Source: Candidatus Benthicola marisminoris (GTDB lineage Bacteria; Gemmatimonadota; Gemmatimonadetes; Palauibacterales; Palauibacteraceae). Taken from it: 62,885 bases of DNA. The stretch is from positions 1 through 62,885 of the forward strand of contig JAMJQR010000081.1 in assembly GCA_023554335.1 (NCBI GenBank), in the 5' to 3' direction. Numbering within the stretch: the stretch's first letter is position 1; every line of letters starts with the position of its first letter. Below, piece by piece: positions 8,855-19,079 of the stretch. A program made the translations under genes and the position numbers. The notes under the pieces are model-generated. The model searched no databases, was not told the origin of the DNA, and worked only from the letters and a program-made list of their open reading frames with translations.

Positions 8855-10015
8855 TCAGTCCATCTGCCGGCGGATGAACGTCGGAATCTCCAGGTCATCC
8901 ACGTGCGACCGGCTCGTGAAAGCGCTCCCGATCTCCGGTAGAGTCCTCGCGACCGGAGTCGTATCGCCCCCGACCACGGATACCAGCCGGGGACGAACCA
9001 CCGGCTCGCTCTCGACCGGGACGACCTTCAGCGTCGGAGCCGGCTCGTCCTCGACGCGCTGACCAAAGCCCGTCGCGATCACGGTAACCCGGAGCGTGCC
9101 GTCCAGGTTCGGATCGTGGACGGCGCCGAAGATCATCTCGGCCTCGTCTCCCGCCGCTTCCTGCACGATCGAGTTCACCGTCGTGACCTCATCGATGGCG
9201 AGATCCATGCCACCCGAGATGTTCACCAGGACACCGGTCGCGCCGTTAATCGATACGTTGTCGAGGAGGGGTGAGCAAATCGCCTGCTGGGCCGCCTCCA
9301 CCGCTCGCTCTTCTCCGGTCGCCTCGCCGGTGCCCATGAGGGCGGCCCCGCGATTCGACATGACCGTGCGAACGTCTGCGAAATCGACGTTCACTTCTCC
9401 GGTCACGCTGATCAGGTCCGAGATTCCCTGCGTGGCATGCAGAAGCACCTCGTCCGCCTTCTTCAGAGCAGCCCGGAAGGTCGTCCCCTTTCCGACCACG
9501 GAGAGGAGCTTCTCGTTCGGGACCACGATCATCGTATCGACCGACCGACGTAGATCCCGCAGGCCCATCTCCGCGTGCTTCATCCGCTTCTTGCCCTCGA
9601 AATTGAAGGGCCGCGTGACGATCGCGATCACCAGCGCGCCCATGTCGCTGGCAATCTGTCCGACACGCGGTGCGGCGCCGGTACCGGTGCCGCCACCCAT
9701 GCCGGCCGTGACGAAGACGAGGTCCGCCCCCTCGAGGGCGCGGCGAATCTCCTCCTCGTTCTCGGCCACTGCCTGCCGACCCACCTCGGGCCGCGCGCCA
9801 GCGCCGAGCCCGCGGGTGAGCTTCCGCCCGATCTGCAGGCTGAGATGCGCCGAGCAGTTGCCGAGTGCCTGTGCATCCGTGTTGATCGCCACGAACTCGA
9901 CACCGTCGAGATTCTCGTCGATCATCCGGTTCACGGCGTTGCCTCCCGCTCCGCCAACGCCCACGACCTTCATCCGGGCGTTGCGCGTCGTCTCACGCTC
10001 GAACTCGAATACCAT
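8855..10015 (-). CDS. ftsZ: cell division GTPase FtsZ
   Basis: Tubulin signature GVGGAGGNAV and C-terminal FtsA/ZipA-binding peptide DDLEIPTFIRRQ. The ATG at 10015 is preceded by GGGAGG 5 nt upstream. The ORF track's upstream ATG at 10045 would add 10 aa. Confidence 0.95.
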   Translation of the reverse strand: MVFEFERETTRNARMKVVGVGGAGGNAVNRMIDENLDGVEFVAINTDAQALGNCSAHLSLQIGRKLTRGLGAGARPEVGRQAVAENEEEIRRALEGADLVFVTAGMGGGTGTGAAPRVGQIASDMGALVIAIVTRPFNFEGKKRMKHAEMGLRDLRRSVDTMIVVPNEKLLSVVGKGTTFRAALKKADEVLLHATQGISDLISVTGEVNVDFADVRTVMSNRGAALMGTGEATGEERAVEAAQQAICSPLLDNVSINGATGVLVNISGGMDLAIDEVTTVNSIVQEAAGDEAEMIFGAVHDPNLDGTLRVTVIATGFGQRVEDEPAPTLKVVPVESEPVVRPRLVSVVGGDTTPVARTLPEIGSAFTSRSHVDDLEIPTFIRRQMD

Positions 10016-10084
10016 CTGTCCCTCCCGACTCGTTGTGGGGTTCATCCTTGCTCCGATCTCTAGTTCGACGCCGACTCGCCGGAC

Positions 10085-11317
10085 TCAGAAGAAGTCGCGC
10101 AGCCAGTCGGTGAATCGACTTACCGTCCGTACCGCCAGTCCTCCGCCCAATTCCCCTGTTCGCATCTGGCCGTACAGTGCCAGTCCAACCGCAGTCGACA
10201 GGCCGGGGTCCCGGGTCGGCTCGACGACGCCGTCCAGACCGTTCCCCGGCTGCCCGAGGGCTACCGGCATGTTGAAGACGCTCTGCGCCAGCTCGACTGT
10301 ACCTTCCAGCTTGGCGCTTCCGCCGGTGAGGACGACGCCCGCCGGCAGTGCGCCGAGCATCTGCTTCTCCTCGAGGGCCTCGTATACCAAGCCGAACATC
10401 TCGTCGAGGCGTTGCTCGATGATGTGCGCGAGCAGCTCCCGCGAGATCTCGCGGGTCCGACCCGGCGTGGGGCCCGCGATCTCGAGCTTTTCCTCGGAAG
10501 CTACGCCCCGCGTCGTGGCGTTCCCCTGCGTGCGCTTGAGCTCCTCTGCATCGCCCAGGGGAATCCCGAGGCCTTTGACGATGTCGTTGGTGACCGTGGC
10601 TCCACCCCACGGCAGGGTCGCCGCCAGGTGCAGGCGTCCTTCGCGATAGACCAGCATCTCGGTGGCAGCCCCGCCGATCTCAAGCATGGCCACGCCCGCC
10701 TGCCGCTGATCGTCGGTGAGGACAGCCAGGCTCGTCGCGAGCGGCGAGAACACGAGCTCCTCGGGCCGGTAACCGGCCCGATCGATGGCTTTGCGCAGGT
10801 TCTGGCACGCCGGGGATCCCGCGGTGACCACGCATACCTCCGACTCCAGCCTCGTGGCCTCCATGCCGCGGGGATCCTGGATCCCGGCCTGACCATCGAC
10901 GGTGTAGTCCTGAGGGATCGCATGCAGCAATTCGCGATCGGGTGGAATTACGATGGCGCGCGCGACCTCGTGCACGCGGTCCACGTCGCCCTGACCGATC
11001 TCGTCACCAGCCACCGCCACGACGCCGGAGGAGGCACCTACTTCGATGTGATCGCCCGCAACCGCTGCGTAGACTCCACCCGCCTCCATCCCCGCCATAT
11101 CCTCCGCCACCCGTAGAGCCTCGCGCACGGATTCGGTCGCGGCCTCGATATGCGTCACATTGCGGTTCCGGACGCCTTCGGTGTGGGCGACGCCCACTCC
11201 CACGATTCGGGCCGGACCAGGATCCGTGTCCCAGCCCGAGTGGCTCTCGAGGAGAACGGCGACGGTCGAGATCGTCCCCACGTCGAGACCGGCGAGGCAA
11301 CGCGGTTTCCCGATCAT
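10085..11317 (-). CDS. ftsA: cell division protein FtsA
   Basis: Actin-like ATPase fold (GLDVGTISTVAV ..., GGSAKLEG). The ATG at 11317 forms an ATGA overlap with the ftsQ stop. The upstream 26 codons of the track ORF overlap ftsQ. Confidence 0.92.
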   Translation of the reverse strand: MIGKPRCLAGLDVGTISTVAVLLESHSGWDTDPGPARIVGVGVAHTEGVRNRNVTHIEAATESVREALRVAEDMAGMEAGGVYAAVAGDHIEVGASSGVVAVAGDEIGQGDVDRVHEVARAIVIPPDRELLHAIPQDYTVDGQAGIQDPRGMEATRLESEVCVVTAGSPACQNLRKAIDRAGYRPEELVFSPLATSLAVLTDDQRQAGVAMLEIGGAATEMLVYREGRLHLAATLPWGGATVTNDIVKGLGIPLGDAEELKRTQGNATTRGVASEEKLEIAGPTPGRTREISRELLAHIIEQRLDEMFGLVYEALEEKQMLGALPAGVVLTGGSAKLEGTVELAQSVFNMPVALGQPGNGLDGVVEPTRDPGLSTAVGLALYGQMRTGELGGGLAVRTVSRFTDWLRDFF

Positions 11318-12048
11318 GCGGCCTCCTCGATCTCGACCACGATCTGACCCCGGAACCTGCCATCGACAGTGAGTACCCGGCCTCGGCCCGTGCACTCGCC
11401 GATCGCATCCTCGGCCCGCAGAAACGCCCGCTCCGCGTCGTCGATGGGGAGGAGTATCCGGCCCACGTGGCTACCCTCGAGAAGCACGAGCTCGATCGCG
11501 TCTCCCTCCGCGCTTCGAGCTTCCGACACGCGGTGAACGAAACCCGGGCTCAGAGCTTCGAGCCGCTCGAGCACCGACAGGACTCGGCGGGAGCCTTCGT
11601 CGGACACTCGCCCCTTCTCGACCCTGGCCCGGAGAAGGATCGGAAGATCCAGAGCGTGCTCCGCGGGATTCAGCGGCATGATCGATCCGCGTGCGTCTAC
11701 CGGCTCCAACATTGGAGCCGGCACGAGCGCGATCGGCTGGACTTCGCGAACCTGGATCGAGAGCCGATCGAAGCCGGCCCTCCGGATACGGACTTCCTCG
11801 ACGAGCGGATGCCCTTGCAGTCGCATCTCGGCCTGCGAGTGGTCGTCCCACACGGACGCACCGGCCGGGATGTCCGCCAGGACGCGCACGTCCTCCGGAG
11901 CCACGAACCGGGAGCCTTCCACTTCAATCGCTGACACGGTGAATGCCGGCACCGTGCGCATTAGGGCGGGGCCCCACATGGGACTGAGCACCCCGGCTGC
12001 GGCGGCGAGCCCGACGGCCGCAATGCGGCGCTTCGTCTGGCGCGTCAC
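11314..12048 (-). CDS. ftsQ: cell division protein FtsQ
   Basis: Basic N-terminus, a single TM (IAAVGLAAAAGVL) and a POTRA-like segment (FTVSAIEVEGSRFVAPEDV). The GTG at 12048 sits in a GTGA overlap with the murB stop. The rest of the 407-aa track ORF is Arg/Gly-rich out-of-frame overlap of murB. Confidence 0.8.
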   Translation of the reverse strand: MTRQTKRRIAAVGLAAAAGVLSPMWGPALMRTVPAFTVSAIEVEGSRFVAPEDVRVLADIPAGASVWDDHSQAEMRLQGHPLVEEVRIRRAGFDRLSIQVREVQPIALVPAPMLEPVDARGSIMPLNPAEHALDLPILLRARVEKGRVSDEGSRRVLSVLERLEALSPGFVHRVSEARSAEGDAIELVLLEGSHVGRILLPIDDAERAFLRAEDAIGECTGRGRVLTVDGRFRGQIVVEIEEAA

Positions 12049-12938
12049 GCGGCCGCTCCCACGGAGTCCAGCTCCTCCGCATCGAAACCCCACAGGCAGA
12101 TCTCCGGCTGGAGCCAGATCCCCTCCGTATCTGCGACCCGGCGCCGAGTCTCGGACATCAGCCACAGGACGTCCGCTGCCGTCGCATCGCCGAGGTTTGC
12201 GATGAAATTGGCATGACGCTCGGTGATCTGTGCCCCGCCGTGTATGGCTCCGCGCATGCCAGCCCGGTCCACGACCTCCCACGCGGAGCCGTGCGGCGGC
12301 CCAGGGTTCTTCCAGATGGAACCACACGTCGGCAACTCGTAGACCTGGCTCTCGATCTTCTGTCGTCGGCGCTCGACGTGCGCGGAATGGACCTCCTCGG
12401 CTTCTCCCGCGGGGGCTTCGAACGAGGCCGCCGTGAATACCCAGTCGCCGGGAACATCCACGCAGCGATACGTCGGTCGGGCGTCGGCGGGGCTCATGCG
12501 GATGAGTTCGCCGGCAGGGGTCGCCGCCTCCGCCCACAGGACACGGTCCCAGACTCCGACGTCCACCGATCCCGCGTTCATGCGAAGCCCGCCACCCACG
12601 CTTCCGGGAACGGCCTCCAGGAACTCCCAGCCGGTTCGCGAACCACGCCGGGCGTCACCCACCAGTGCGGGAAGCCCGGCGCCCGCACCGGCCTCCATCG
12701 CATGCTCCGACAGAAGCACGGAATCGAACTCGCCGGTCAGCGTCAGAACCGGCTCCGACACACCCCGGTCGGAGACGAGCACGTTGGCCCCCCAGCCGAG
12801 CACCCGGTATTCGAGGCCGTCCATTGACCGGACCGCGTCCAGGAGGTCTGCCATGGTCTCGAGGCGGGCGAACCGGGGCGCCAGGCCTCCGATCCGGTAG
12901 CGGGTCAGCGTCGCGAGGGGAACGTCAGTCTCCCACAC
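12045..12938 (-). CDS. murB: UDP-N-acetylenolpyruvoylglucosamine reductase
   Basis: 297 aa with an FAD-binding PCMH domain (YRIGGLAP, LGWGANVLV) and a MurB C-terminal domain (CGSIWKNP, HANFIAN). Confidence 0.9.
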   Translation of the reverse strand: MWETDVPLATLTRYRIGGLAPRFARLETMADLLDAVRSMDGLEYRVLGWGANVLVSDRGVSEPVLTLTGEFDSVLLSEHAMEAGAGAGLPALVGDARRGSRTGWEFLEAVPGSVGGGLRMNAGSVDVGVWDRVLWAEAATPAGELIRMSPADARPTYRCVDVPGDWVFTAASFEAPAGEAEEVHSAHVERRRQKIESQVYELPTCGSIWKNPGPPHGSAWEVVDRAGMRGAIHGGAQITERHANFIANLGDATAADVLWLMSETRRRVADTEGIWLQPEICLWGFDAEELDSVGAAA

Positions 12939-14319
12939 CGTTCGCCCCCTTTCCTCGCGCTACGGCGTGTGCCAGCCGCGTGACGTCCCCCGCTCCCATG
13001 AAGATCACGACGGCGGGCCTCTCCAGCCCGTCCACCCAGTCCGGGACCTCATCTACCGAGAGCGGCCGCGCGGACCCACCGGCCGCGTCCGTTACCAGCC
13101 GCGACGTCACCCCCGGGATGGGCGCCTCGCGTGCCGGATAGATAGGCAGGACCCTGGCCTCGTCGGCGCCGGCCAGGGCCGAGGCGAAGTCGGCCGCCAT
13201 GGAGCGCGTTCGGCTGTACAGGTGCGGCTGAAACACGACGGCGAGCCGGTGATCCGGCCACGCTTCGCGGGCCGCTGCCACCGACACGCGGACTTCGGTG
13301 GGGTGGTGCGCGTAGTCGTCGACGATCACGCGACCATCGCGATTCCCTACGAGCTGCAGCCTTCGGTCCACGCCCCGGAAGTCCGACAGAGCGCTGGCGA
13401 GTCTCTCCGGCGGGACGCCGAGGTGCGATCCGACGGCCAGGGCAGCCGCCGCGTTCTGTGCGTTGTGGTCCCCAGGCGTCGCGAGATCGAAGTCGAAGGA
13501 GCTCGGCCCGGATTCGAAGCGGCACCGCTGACGCGTGCCGTCCCGATTCACGATCTTCACGCGGAAGTCCGCCGCGGGCTCGAGACCGTAGGTGAGCACT
13601 CCCGTCAGGCCTTCCACCACGGCGCGCACGCCCGGGGCCTCTGCGCAGGCGAGAACGCCCATGCGCTCGGAGGCCCGCGACGCGAAGGCTCGGAAGCTAG
13701 CGAACAGGTCCTCCGGGCCGTCATAGCACTCCAGGTGCTCCGGCTCGACGGAGGTGATTACGGCCAGGCTCGGTGATAGCTGGAGGAACGAGCGGTCGTA
13801 TTCGTCTGCTTCCGCGATGGCTGGGCCGGAACCGACCCGCGCGTTCCCATCCCAGCTGGCGACGCGGCCGCCGACCAGCACCAGCGGATCCAATCCCGAG
13901 CTCTCGAGAACCCTGGCGGTCATGGCGGTGACCGTGGTCTTGCCATGGGTACCTGAGATGGCCACGAGGCTCCGGTCGTTCAGCAGGGCACCCATGGCGC
14001 GCGCCCGCTTGAGCACGGGGACGCCTTCACGTCGGGCCGCAGCCAGCACCGGGTGGTCCTCCGGCGCAGCAGACGTGTATACCACCAGGTCCGACTCCCC
14101 TGCCCGCCGTGCCTCGTCCCGTTCCACCAGACGAATCCCGTCCGACTCCAGACGCCGGGTCTCGGGGGTGATCTCCATGTCGGCTCCCGAGACCGCATAT
14201 CCCTCCGCAGCGAACAGTCGCGCGAGCCCGCTCATCCCGGCCCCGGCGATGCCGAGAAAGAAGACGGAGGCGCCCGAAGGCGGAAGCAGGTGACGGCCGG
14301 CCACACGGGAATCAGTCAT
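12925..14319 (-). CDS. murC: UDP-N-acetylmuramate--L-alanine ligase
   Basis: FFLGIAGAGMSGLA N-terminal fold and Mur ligase P-loop GTHGKTTVTAM. The ATG at 14319 overlaps the murG stop by 8 nt. The upstream 39 codons of the track ORF are discarded. Confidence 0.92.
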   Translation of the reverse strand: MTDSRVAGRHLLPPSGASVFFLGIAGAGMSGLARLFAAEGYAVSGADMEITPETRRLESDGIRLVERDEARRAGESDLVVYTSAAPEDHPVLAAARREGVPVLKRARAMGALLNDRSLVAISGTHGKTTVTAMTARVLESSGLDPLVLVGGRVASWDGNARVGSGPAIAEADEYDRSFLQLSPSLAVITSVEPEHLECYDGPEDLFASFRAFASRASERMGVLACAEAPGVRAVVEGLTGVLTYGLEPAADFRVKIVNRDGTRQRCRFESGPSSFDFDLATPGDHNAQNAAAALAVGSHLGVPPERLASALSDFRGVDRRLQLVGNRDGRVIVDDYAHHPTEVRVSVAAAREAWPDHRLAVVFQPHLYSRTRSMAADFASALAGADEARVLPIYPAREAPIPGVTSRLVTDAAGGSARPLSVDEVPDWVDGLERPAVVIFMGAGDVTRLAHAVARGKGANGVGD

Positions 14320-15424
14320 CGGCCTTCTCCCGCGACGCCGACGCCAGCTCGAGCAGCGTTTCGGCGATCCGGTCCGCGGCGTCCGGCCGGCCGCGCGCTC
14401 GACTCGCATCGGCCATGGCACGAAGACGGTCGCCATCCGACAGAAGCGCCGTCACGTCCCGCCAGAGCTCTCCGCCCGTGACCGAGTCCTCTTCGCGCAT
14501 GACGGCGGCGCCCGAAGAGACCATGGCACCCGCGTTGAACCGCTGGTGATCCCCTGCCGAGGTCGGGAGCGGCACCAGGACCGACGGCACCCCCGAGGCG
14601 GTCAGCTCCGCACAGGTCATCGCCCCCGCACGGGTGAGGGCAAGCGAGACGTGGGCAAGCTGGGATCCGAGGTCGGGGATGTACGGAACGAGGTGCACGC
14701 GGTCGCGTAGGGGCACCGCACGCATGCGTGCGGCGACCGATTCGTGGTGCGCGGGCCCGGTGACCCAGACGACCGAGACGTCGTCGGGCCATTCCTGCGC
14801 GGCGGTCAACCCCGAAATAAGGAGGTCGTTCAGGGCTCGTGCGCCCTGGCTTCCGCCGAACACGAGCACGATCCTGCCCCCGGGCCAGTCGAAGGTTCGG
14901 TCTCCCGTGTGCGGTGCCACAGGATTGCCGAGATCGAACACACGGGTGCGCCGGCCCGGTCGAATTCGCGCCCTGGCTTCCGGATAGCCGAGGTGAATCT
15001 GGTCGACCTGGGAGGCGAGCATGCGCGTGGCGAGGCCCGGTACCGCGTTCTGCTCCTGGATGGCAGCCGAAACGCCACGAGCCACCCCCCAGGCAACGGC
15101 CGGCGCGGATGCGTAGCCACCCGTACCCACCACGACCTGGGGATTCAGATCCGAGAAGATCTTGCTGAGCCCGCCGAGGACCGCGGGACTGCGCGCGACC
15201 AATCTCCAGTTCCGCCAGGGCCGGGAGCGATACAGTGGCTCCAACGGCAGCAGGTGGTAGGGCCAGCCCGAATCCGGAAGGACCTTCGCCTCGATGCCCC
15301 TGCGGGCGCCCACGAGCACGATCTGGATGTCGGGCTCCGCCCGCCGCAGCGCTGCCGCGAGGTTCAGGGCCGGGTACAGGTGTCCACCCGTTCCACCACC
15401 CGAGAGGAGGATACGATAGGCCAC
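14312..15424 (-). CDS. murG: undecaprenyldiphospho-muramoylpentapeptide beta-N-acetylglucosaminyltransferase
   Basis: 370 aa with a GT28 N-terminal G-loop SGGGTGGHLYPAL and a C-terminal GT domain (RAGAMTCAEL). Confidence 0.92.
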   Translation of the reverse strand: MAYRILLSGGGTGGHLYPALNLAAALRRAEPDIQIVLVGARRGIEAKVLPDSGWPYHLLPLEPLYRSRPWRNWRLVARSPAVLGGLSKIFSDLNPQVVVGTGGYASAPAVAWGVARGVSAAIQEQNAVPGLATRMLASQVDQIHLGYPEARARIRPGRRTRVFDLGNPVAPHTGDRTFDWPGGRIVLVFGGSQGARALNDLLISGLTAAQEWPDDVSVVWVTGPAHHESVAARMRAVPLRDRVHLVPYIPDLGSQLAHVSLALTRAGAMTCAELTASGVPSVLVPLPTSAGDHQRFNAGAMVSSGAAVMREEDSVTGGELWRDVTALLSDGDRLRAMADASRARGRPDAADRIAETLLELASASREKADD

Positions 15425-15427
15425 GAA

Positions 15428-16576
15428 TCAGGCTCGCCCCCCTTTCGAGACGTTCAGCAGAATCCCCGTCATGCCGAGCATCAGTATGAGGTTGGTGCCT
15501 CCGGCGGAGATGAAGGGGAGGTTGATGCCCGTCGTCGGCATCAAGCCAAGCGCCACCGCGATGTGCCCGAAGGCTCCGAATGCCACGAGGGACGTGATTC
15601 CGATGGCGACCAGGCGGCCATACAGATCCGGTGCCGATCGCGAGATGCGCAGCCCCAGGAGCGCCCAGGCGAGGAACAGCAGGATCACGGCGGCGGCGCC
15701 CAAGAATCCCCACTCCTCCGCGATGATCGAGAAGATGAAATCGTTCTGGGGCTCGGGCAGGTACGACATCTTCAGGCTGCTGCGTCCGAAGCCCACTCCG
15801 AACATCCCTCCGGATCCGACGGCCATCAGAGACTGTTTGAGCTGGTATCCTCCTGCGGCGGCCGTCGAGTCCGGATTCATGAACGCGCTGATCCTGGCCA
15901 TCCGGTATCCGCTTCCTGCGACCTGCAGCCAGAGCACCGGAAGTGCCGCAGACACCAGCAGCGCGAAGTGACCCAGTCGGGCGCCCGCAGTGAACAGCAC
16001 GGTCCCGGCCGCGGCAGCGATGAGCAGCGTGGCCGAGAAGTGGGGCTCCAGGAGCACCAGGAGGCACACGAGGCCCAGCACCAGGAGAAACGGAAGAAGC
16101 CCGTACCTGAAGCTGTGCAAGCGATCCTGCTTCTTCACCGCTACCGCCGCCGTCCACAGAACGACGGTGATCTTCGCGAGCTCCGACGGCTGCACGGTGA
16201 GTCCGAGGTTCAGCCAGCGGCGGGCTCCGTTGATTCGCGGAGCGATCGACTCGGTCCCGGGAATGACCAGAAGCATCAGGCAGAGGACGGTCAGTGCGAG
16301 TAGCGGCCATGCGGCGCGCTGGTACACCCGGTAGCTGACCAGGCTGGCCGCGGTCAGGGCGGCCAACCCTACGCCTGCGCGGCTGACCTGCTGAAACAGG
16401 TAGTGGCTGGCTCCGAGTCCCTCGGTCTGCGCCACGTACGAGCTGGCGCTGTACACAGAAATTAGACCGAACCCGACCAGCGACAGGGTGACCGCCAGCA
16501 GTGCTCTCCCGGTCAACGAGGGCCGCGAGCTGGCCGGCCGGATCGGCAGGACGCTCAGCACCCGGGACGCGCTCAC
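15428..16576 (-). CDS. ftsW: SEDS-family peptidoglycan polymerase FtsW
   Basis: 382 aa, about 10 TM segments, with the SEDS motif PEPQNDFIFSIIAEEWGF. The GTG start sits in a GTGA overlap with the murD stop. Confidence 0.92.
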   Translation of the reverse strand: MSASRVLSVLPIRPASSRPSLTGRALLAVTLSLVGFGLISVYSASSYVAQTEGLGASHYLFQQVSRAGVGLAALTAASLVSYRVYQRAAWPLLALTVLCLMLLVIPGTESIAPRINGARRWLNLGLTVQPSELAKITVVLWTAAVAVKKQDRLHSFRYGLLPFLLVLGLVCLLVLLEPHFSATLLIAAAAGTVLFTAGARLGHFALLVSAALPVLWLQVAGSGYRMARISAFMNPDSTAAAGGYQLKQSLMAVGSGGMFGVGFGRSSLKMSYLPEPQNDFIFSIIAEEWGFLGAAAVILLFLAWALLGLRISRSAPDLYGRLVAIGITSLVAFGAFGHIAVALGLMPTTGINLPFISAGGTNLILMLGMTGILLNVSKGGRA

Positions 16577-17976
16577 GGAAGCACCTCGACAGCGGGAAGT
16601 GCCCGAAACGAAGCCTCGAAGGCGCGTCCGCGTTCCCTATAGTTCGGGAACATGTCGTAGCTGCTGCAGGCTGGAGAAAGAAGTACGACGTCACCGCGAC
16701 GGGCCAATTCCCCGGCGGCCCGAACCACCGAGTCGATCCCGCTCTCTACACGAAGCGTTTCGACGCTTCCGGACAGGTCAGACACGATGCGGGGGGCTGC
16801 TTCTCCGTACGCCACCACCGCCCGGGCCCTGTGTCTCAGATCCGCCGCGAGGCTGGAATACGACTCTCCCTTGTGTCGTCCCCCGAGGATCAGCACGACG
16901 GGCCGATCGAACGACCGGAGCGCCACAGCGGTGGCCGAGACGTTGGTGGCCTTGGAGTCGTTCACCCAGAGTACCCCGTCGCGCTCGCCGACGGGCTGCA
17001 GGCGGTGCGGCAGTGCATCAAACGTGGAGAGACCTTCGGCGATCGCCGCTGCGGGCACGCCTGCGAGCGAGCAGGCGAGGCCAGCCGCAAGTGCGTTGGC
17101 CACGTTGTGGGGGCCGAGCAGGCGCAGGTCCGACGATGGCAACCAGTCCGCCACGGACTCGATTCGGCATCGGAGGCGGCCGGCGTCGTCCACCCAGGCG
17201 CCCCGCTCTACCGGCCCATCGAGTGAGAACATGTAGACTTCGCCCTCTACACCCTCTGCCAGCTCGAGAGTGGCTGGGTCGTCCGCGTTGAGCACCCAAC
17301 GGGACCCTGCGTGGGCGGAGTCGAAGAGGCGTCGCTTGTCGGCATAGTAGCTCCCCAGATCCTGGTACCGGTCCAGGTGATCCGGCGAGAGATTGAGCAG
17401 CACGCCGATGTCGGGACGCAGGGTCTCCTGGTCCGCCAGCTGGAAGCTCGACAGCTCCAGGGCTACCCAATCCGGTTGCGGATCCTGTAGGGCGATCTCC
17501 GACAGAGGGAGTCCGATGTTGCCGGCCGCGACCGCGCTCAGTCCACCGGCCGACAGGACGTGCGCCGTCAGGCCAGTGGTCGTGGTCTTCCCATTGGTCC
17601 CGGTGATCGCGATCACCCGGCTCTTAAGATCGCGCCACCCCAGCTCCACCTCGGCGATGGTTCGGATACCGGCGTCGGCCACCCGCCGCCTGACCTCGGT
17701 GGCCGGGCCGATTCCAGGGCTTACGACCACCAGGTCCGCCTGGAGAATGCGCTCCGTGTCGTGTCCCCCGGTCTCCGCGTCGACGCCGGCGGCGGCGAGC
17801 CGGGAGGCCGCCTCCACCGGACCGGCCGCCGCAGAGATGTCGCTGGCGTAGACCTCTGCTCCGCGGGCCGCCGCAAGCCGGGCCGCCGCCTCCCCGGACA
17901 CTCCGAGTCCGAGAACCGCCACCCTGGCGCCTTTTGGAAAGGCGCGCGGCCGACCTGACACTCCGCCGGCCCTCAT
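16573..17976 (-). CDS. murD: UDP-N-acetylmuramoylalanine--D-glutamate ligase
   Basis: VAVLGLGVSGEAAARL N-terminal fold and P-loop ITGTNGKTTTTGL. The ATG at 17976 sits in an ATGA overlap with the mraY stop. The 112 upstream codons of the track ORF lie inside mraY in another frame. Confidence 0.9.
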   Translation of the reverse strand: MRAGGVSGRPRAFPKGARVAVLGLGVSGEAAARLAAARGAEVYASDISAAAGPVEAASRLAAAGVDAETGGHDTERILQADLVVVSPGIGPATEVRRRVADAGIRTIAEVELGWRDLKSRVIAITGTNGKTTTTGLTAHVLSAGGLSAVAAGNIGLPLSEIALQDPQPDWVALELSSFQLADQETLRPDIGVLLNLSPDHLDRYQDLGSYYADKRRLFDSAHAGSRWVLNADDPATLELAEGVEGEVYMFSLDGPVERGAWVDDAGRLRCRIESVADWLPSSDLRLLGPHNVANALAAGLACSLAGVPAAAIAEGLSTFDALPHRLQPVGERDGVLWVNDSKATNVSATAVALRSFDRPVVLILGGRHKGESYSSLAADLRHRARAVVAYGEAAPRIVSDLSGSVETLRVESGIDSVVRAAGELARRGDVVLLSPACSSYDMFPNYRERGRAFEASFRALPAVEVLP

Positions 17977-19079
17977 CGGATCTTCATGGTCGCGAGACCG
18001 GTGAGAGCGAATATGATCGCCAGGATGTAGAACCGAATCACCACCCGGGTTTCGGGCCAGCCGAGCTGCTCGAAGTGATGGTGCAGGGGTGCCATTCGGA
18101 ATACCCGGCGCCCGGTTCCCGTGCGAATCCGCGTGTACCGGAATACTGAGGTCTGGAGCATGACCGACAGCACTTCCAGCACGAACATGCCGCCGACCAC
18201 CAGCAGGAGCAGCTCCGACTTGAGAAGCACCGCCACGGTTCCGATCGCGCCGCCGAGCGCTAGCGACCCCGTGTCGCCCATGAACACGAGCGCCGGAGGC
18301 GCGTTGAACCACAGGAACCCGATGGCCGATCCGGCGACGGCAACCGCGAAGACCGTGAGCTCACCCGCTCCGGGGAGGTACGGCAGGCCGAGGTAGAACG
18401 ACGTATCGACTCTACCCATCACGTAGGCGAATACCGCGAACGCCAGCGCCGCGATCGCGCTGAGGCCGGCGGCCAGTCCATCGAGACCGTCCGTCAGGTT
18501 CACGGCGTTCGCGCTGCCGGCCACCACGAGCGCCACGAAGAGGGGGAACACCAGCGGGAGCAGCGCCAGGTGGACGTCCTTCAGAAACGGGACCATGCGG
18601 TGCGTCACATCGTGCGCCGACAGCGGCTGCATGAGGAGGAAGACGCCGAGGGCGAGCCCCGCGAGCATCTGCCAGAAGAACTTCTGCCGGGCGATGAGGC
18701 CACGGGATTCGTGGCGTACGACCTTCAGGTAGTCGTCCCAGAAGCCGATCGCTCCCATCACCAGGGTCATTCCCAGCGCGACGTTGACGTAGGGGTCCGC
18801 GATCTTGGCCCACAGAAGAGTCGACACGACCATGGCGATCAGCATGATCACGCCGCCCATGGTCGGAGTTCCGGCCTTCCTCAGGTGCGACTTGGGTCCC
18901 TCCACCCGGATGATCTGCCCCACGCGATTGCGCTCGAGCCGCCGGATCACGAAGGGGCCCACGACGAAGGAGACGAGGAGCGCGGTCACCATCGCGCCAG
19001 CCGCCCTGAAGGAGATGTACTGGAACACGTTGAAGATGATGTGCCGGTCCGCGAGGGGGAAAAGCAGCTCGTACAGCAT
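17973..19079 (-). CDS. mraY: phospho-N-acetylmuramoyl-pentapeptide transferase
   Basis: Canonical N-terminus MLYELLFPLADRHIIFNVFQYISFRA and NAVNLTDGLDGLA motif. The ATG at 19079 shares 1 nt with the murF stop (TGATG). The upstream 199 codons of the track ORF overlap murF. Confidence 0.93.
   Translation of the reverse strand: MLYELLFPLADRHIIFNVFQYISFRAAGAMVTALLVSFVVGPFVIRRLERNRVGQIIRVEGPKSHLRKAGTPTMGGVIMLIAMVVSTLLWAKIADPYVNVALGMTLVMGAIGFWDDYLKVVRHESRGLIARQKFFWQMLAGLALGVFLLMQPLSAHDVTHRMVPFLKDVHLALLPLVFPLFVALVVAGSANAVNLTDGLDGLAAGLSAIAALAFAVFAYVMGRVDTSFYLGLPYLPGAGELTVFAVAVAGSAIGFLWFNAPPALVFMGDTGSLALGGAIGTVAVLLKSELLLLVVGGMFVLEVLSVMLQTSVFRYTRIRTGTGRRVFRMAPLHHHFEQLGWPETRVVIRFYILAIIFALTGLATMKIR

Noticed and set aside
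14316-16694. 792-aa minus-strand ORF spanning murG, ftsW and the murD 3' end
   Set aside because: It is an alternate frame of three well-supported genes. The composition is Arg/Gly/Pro-rich and there are no motifs.
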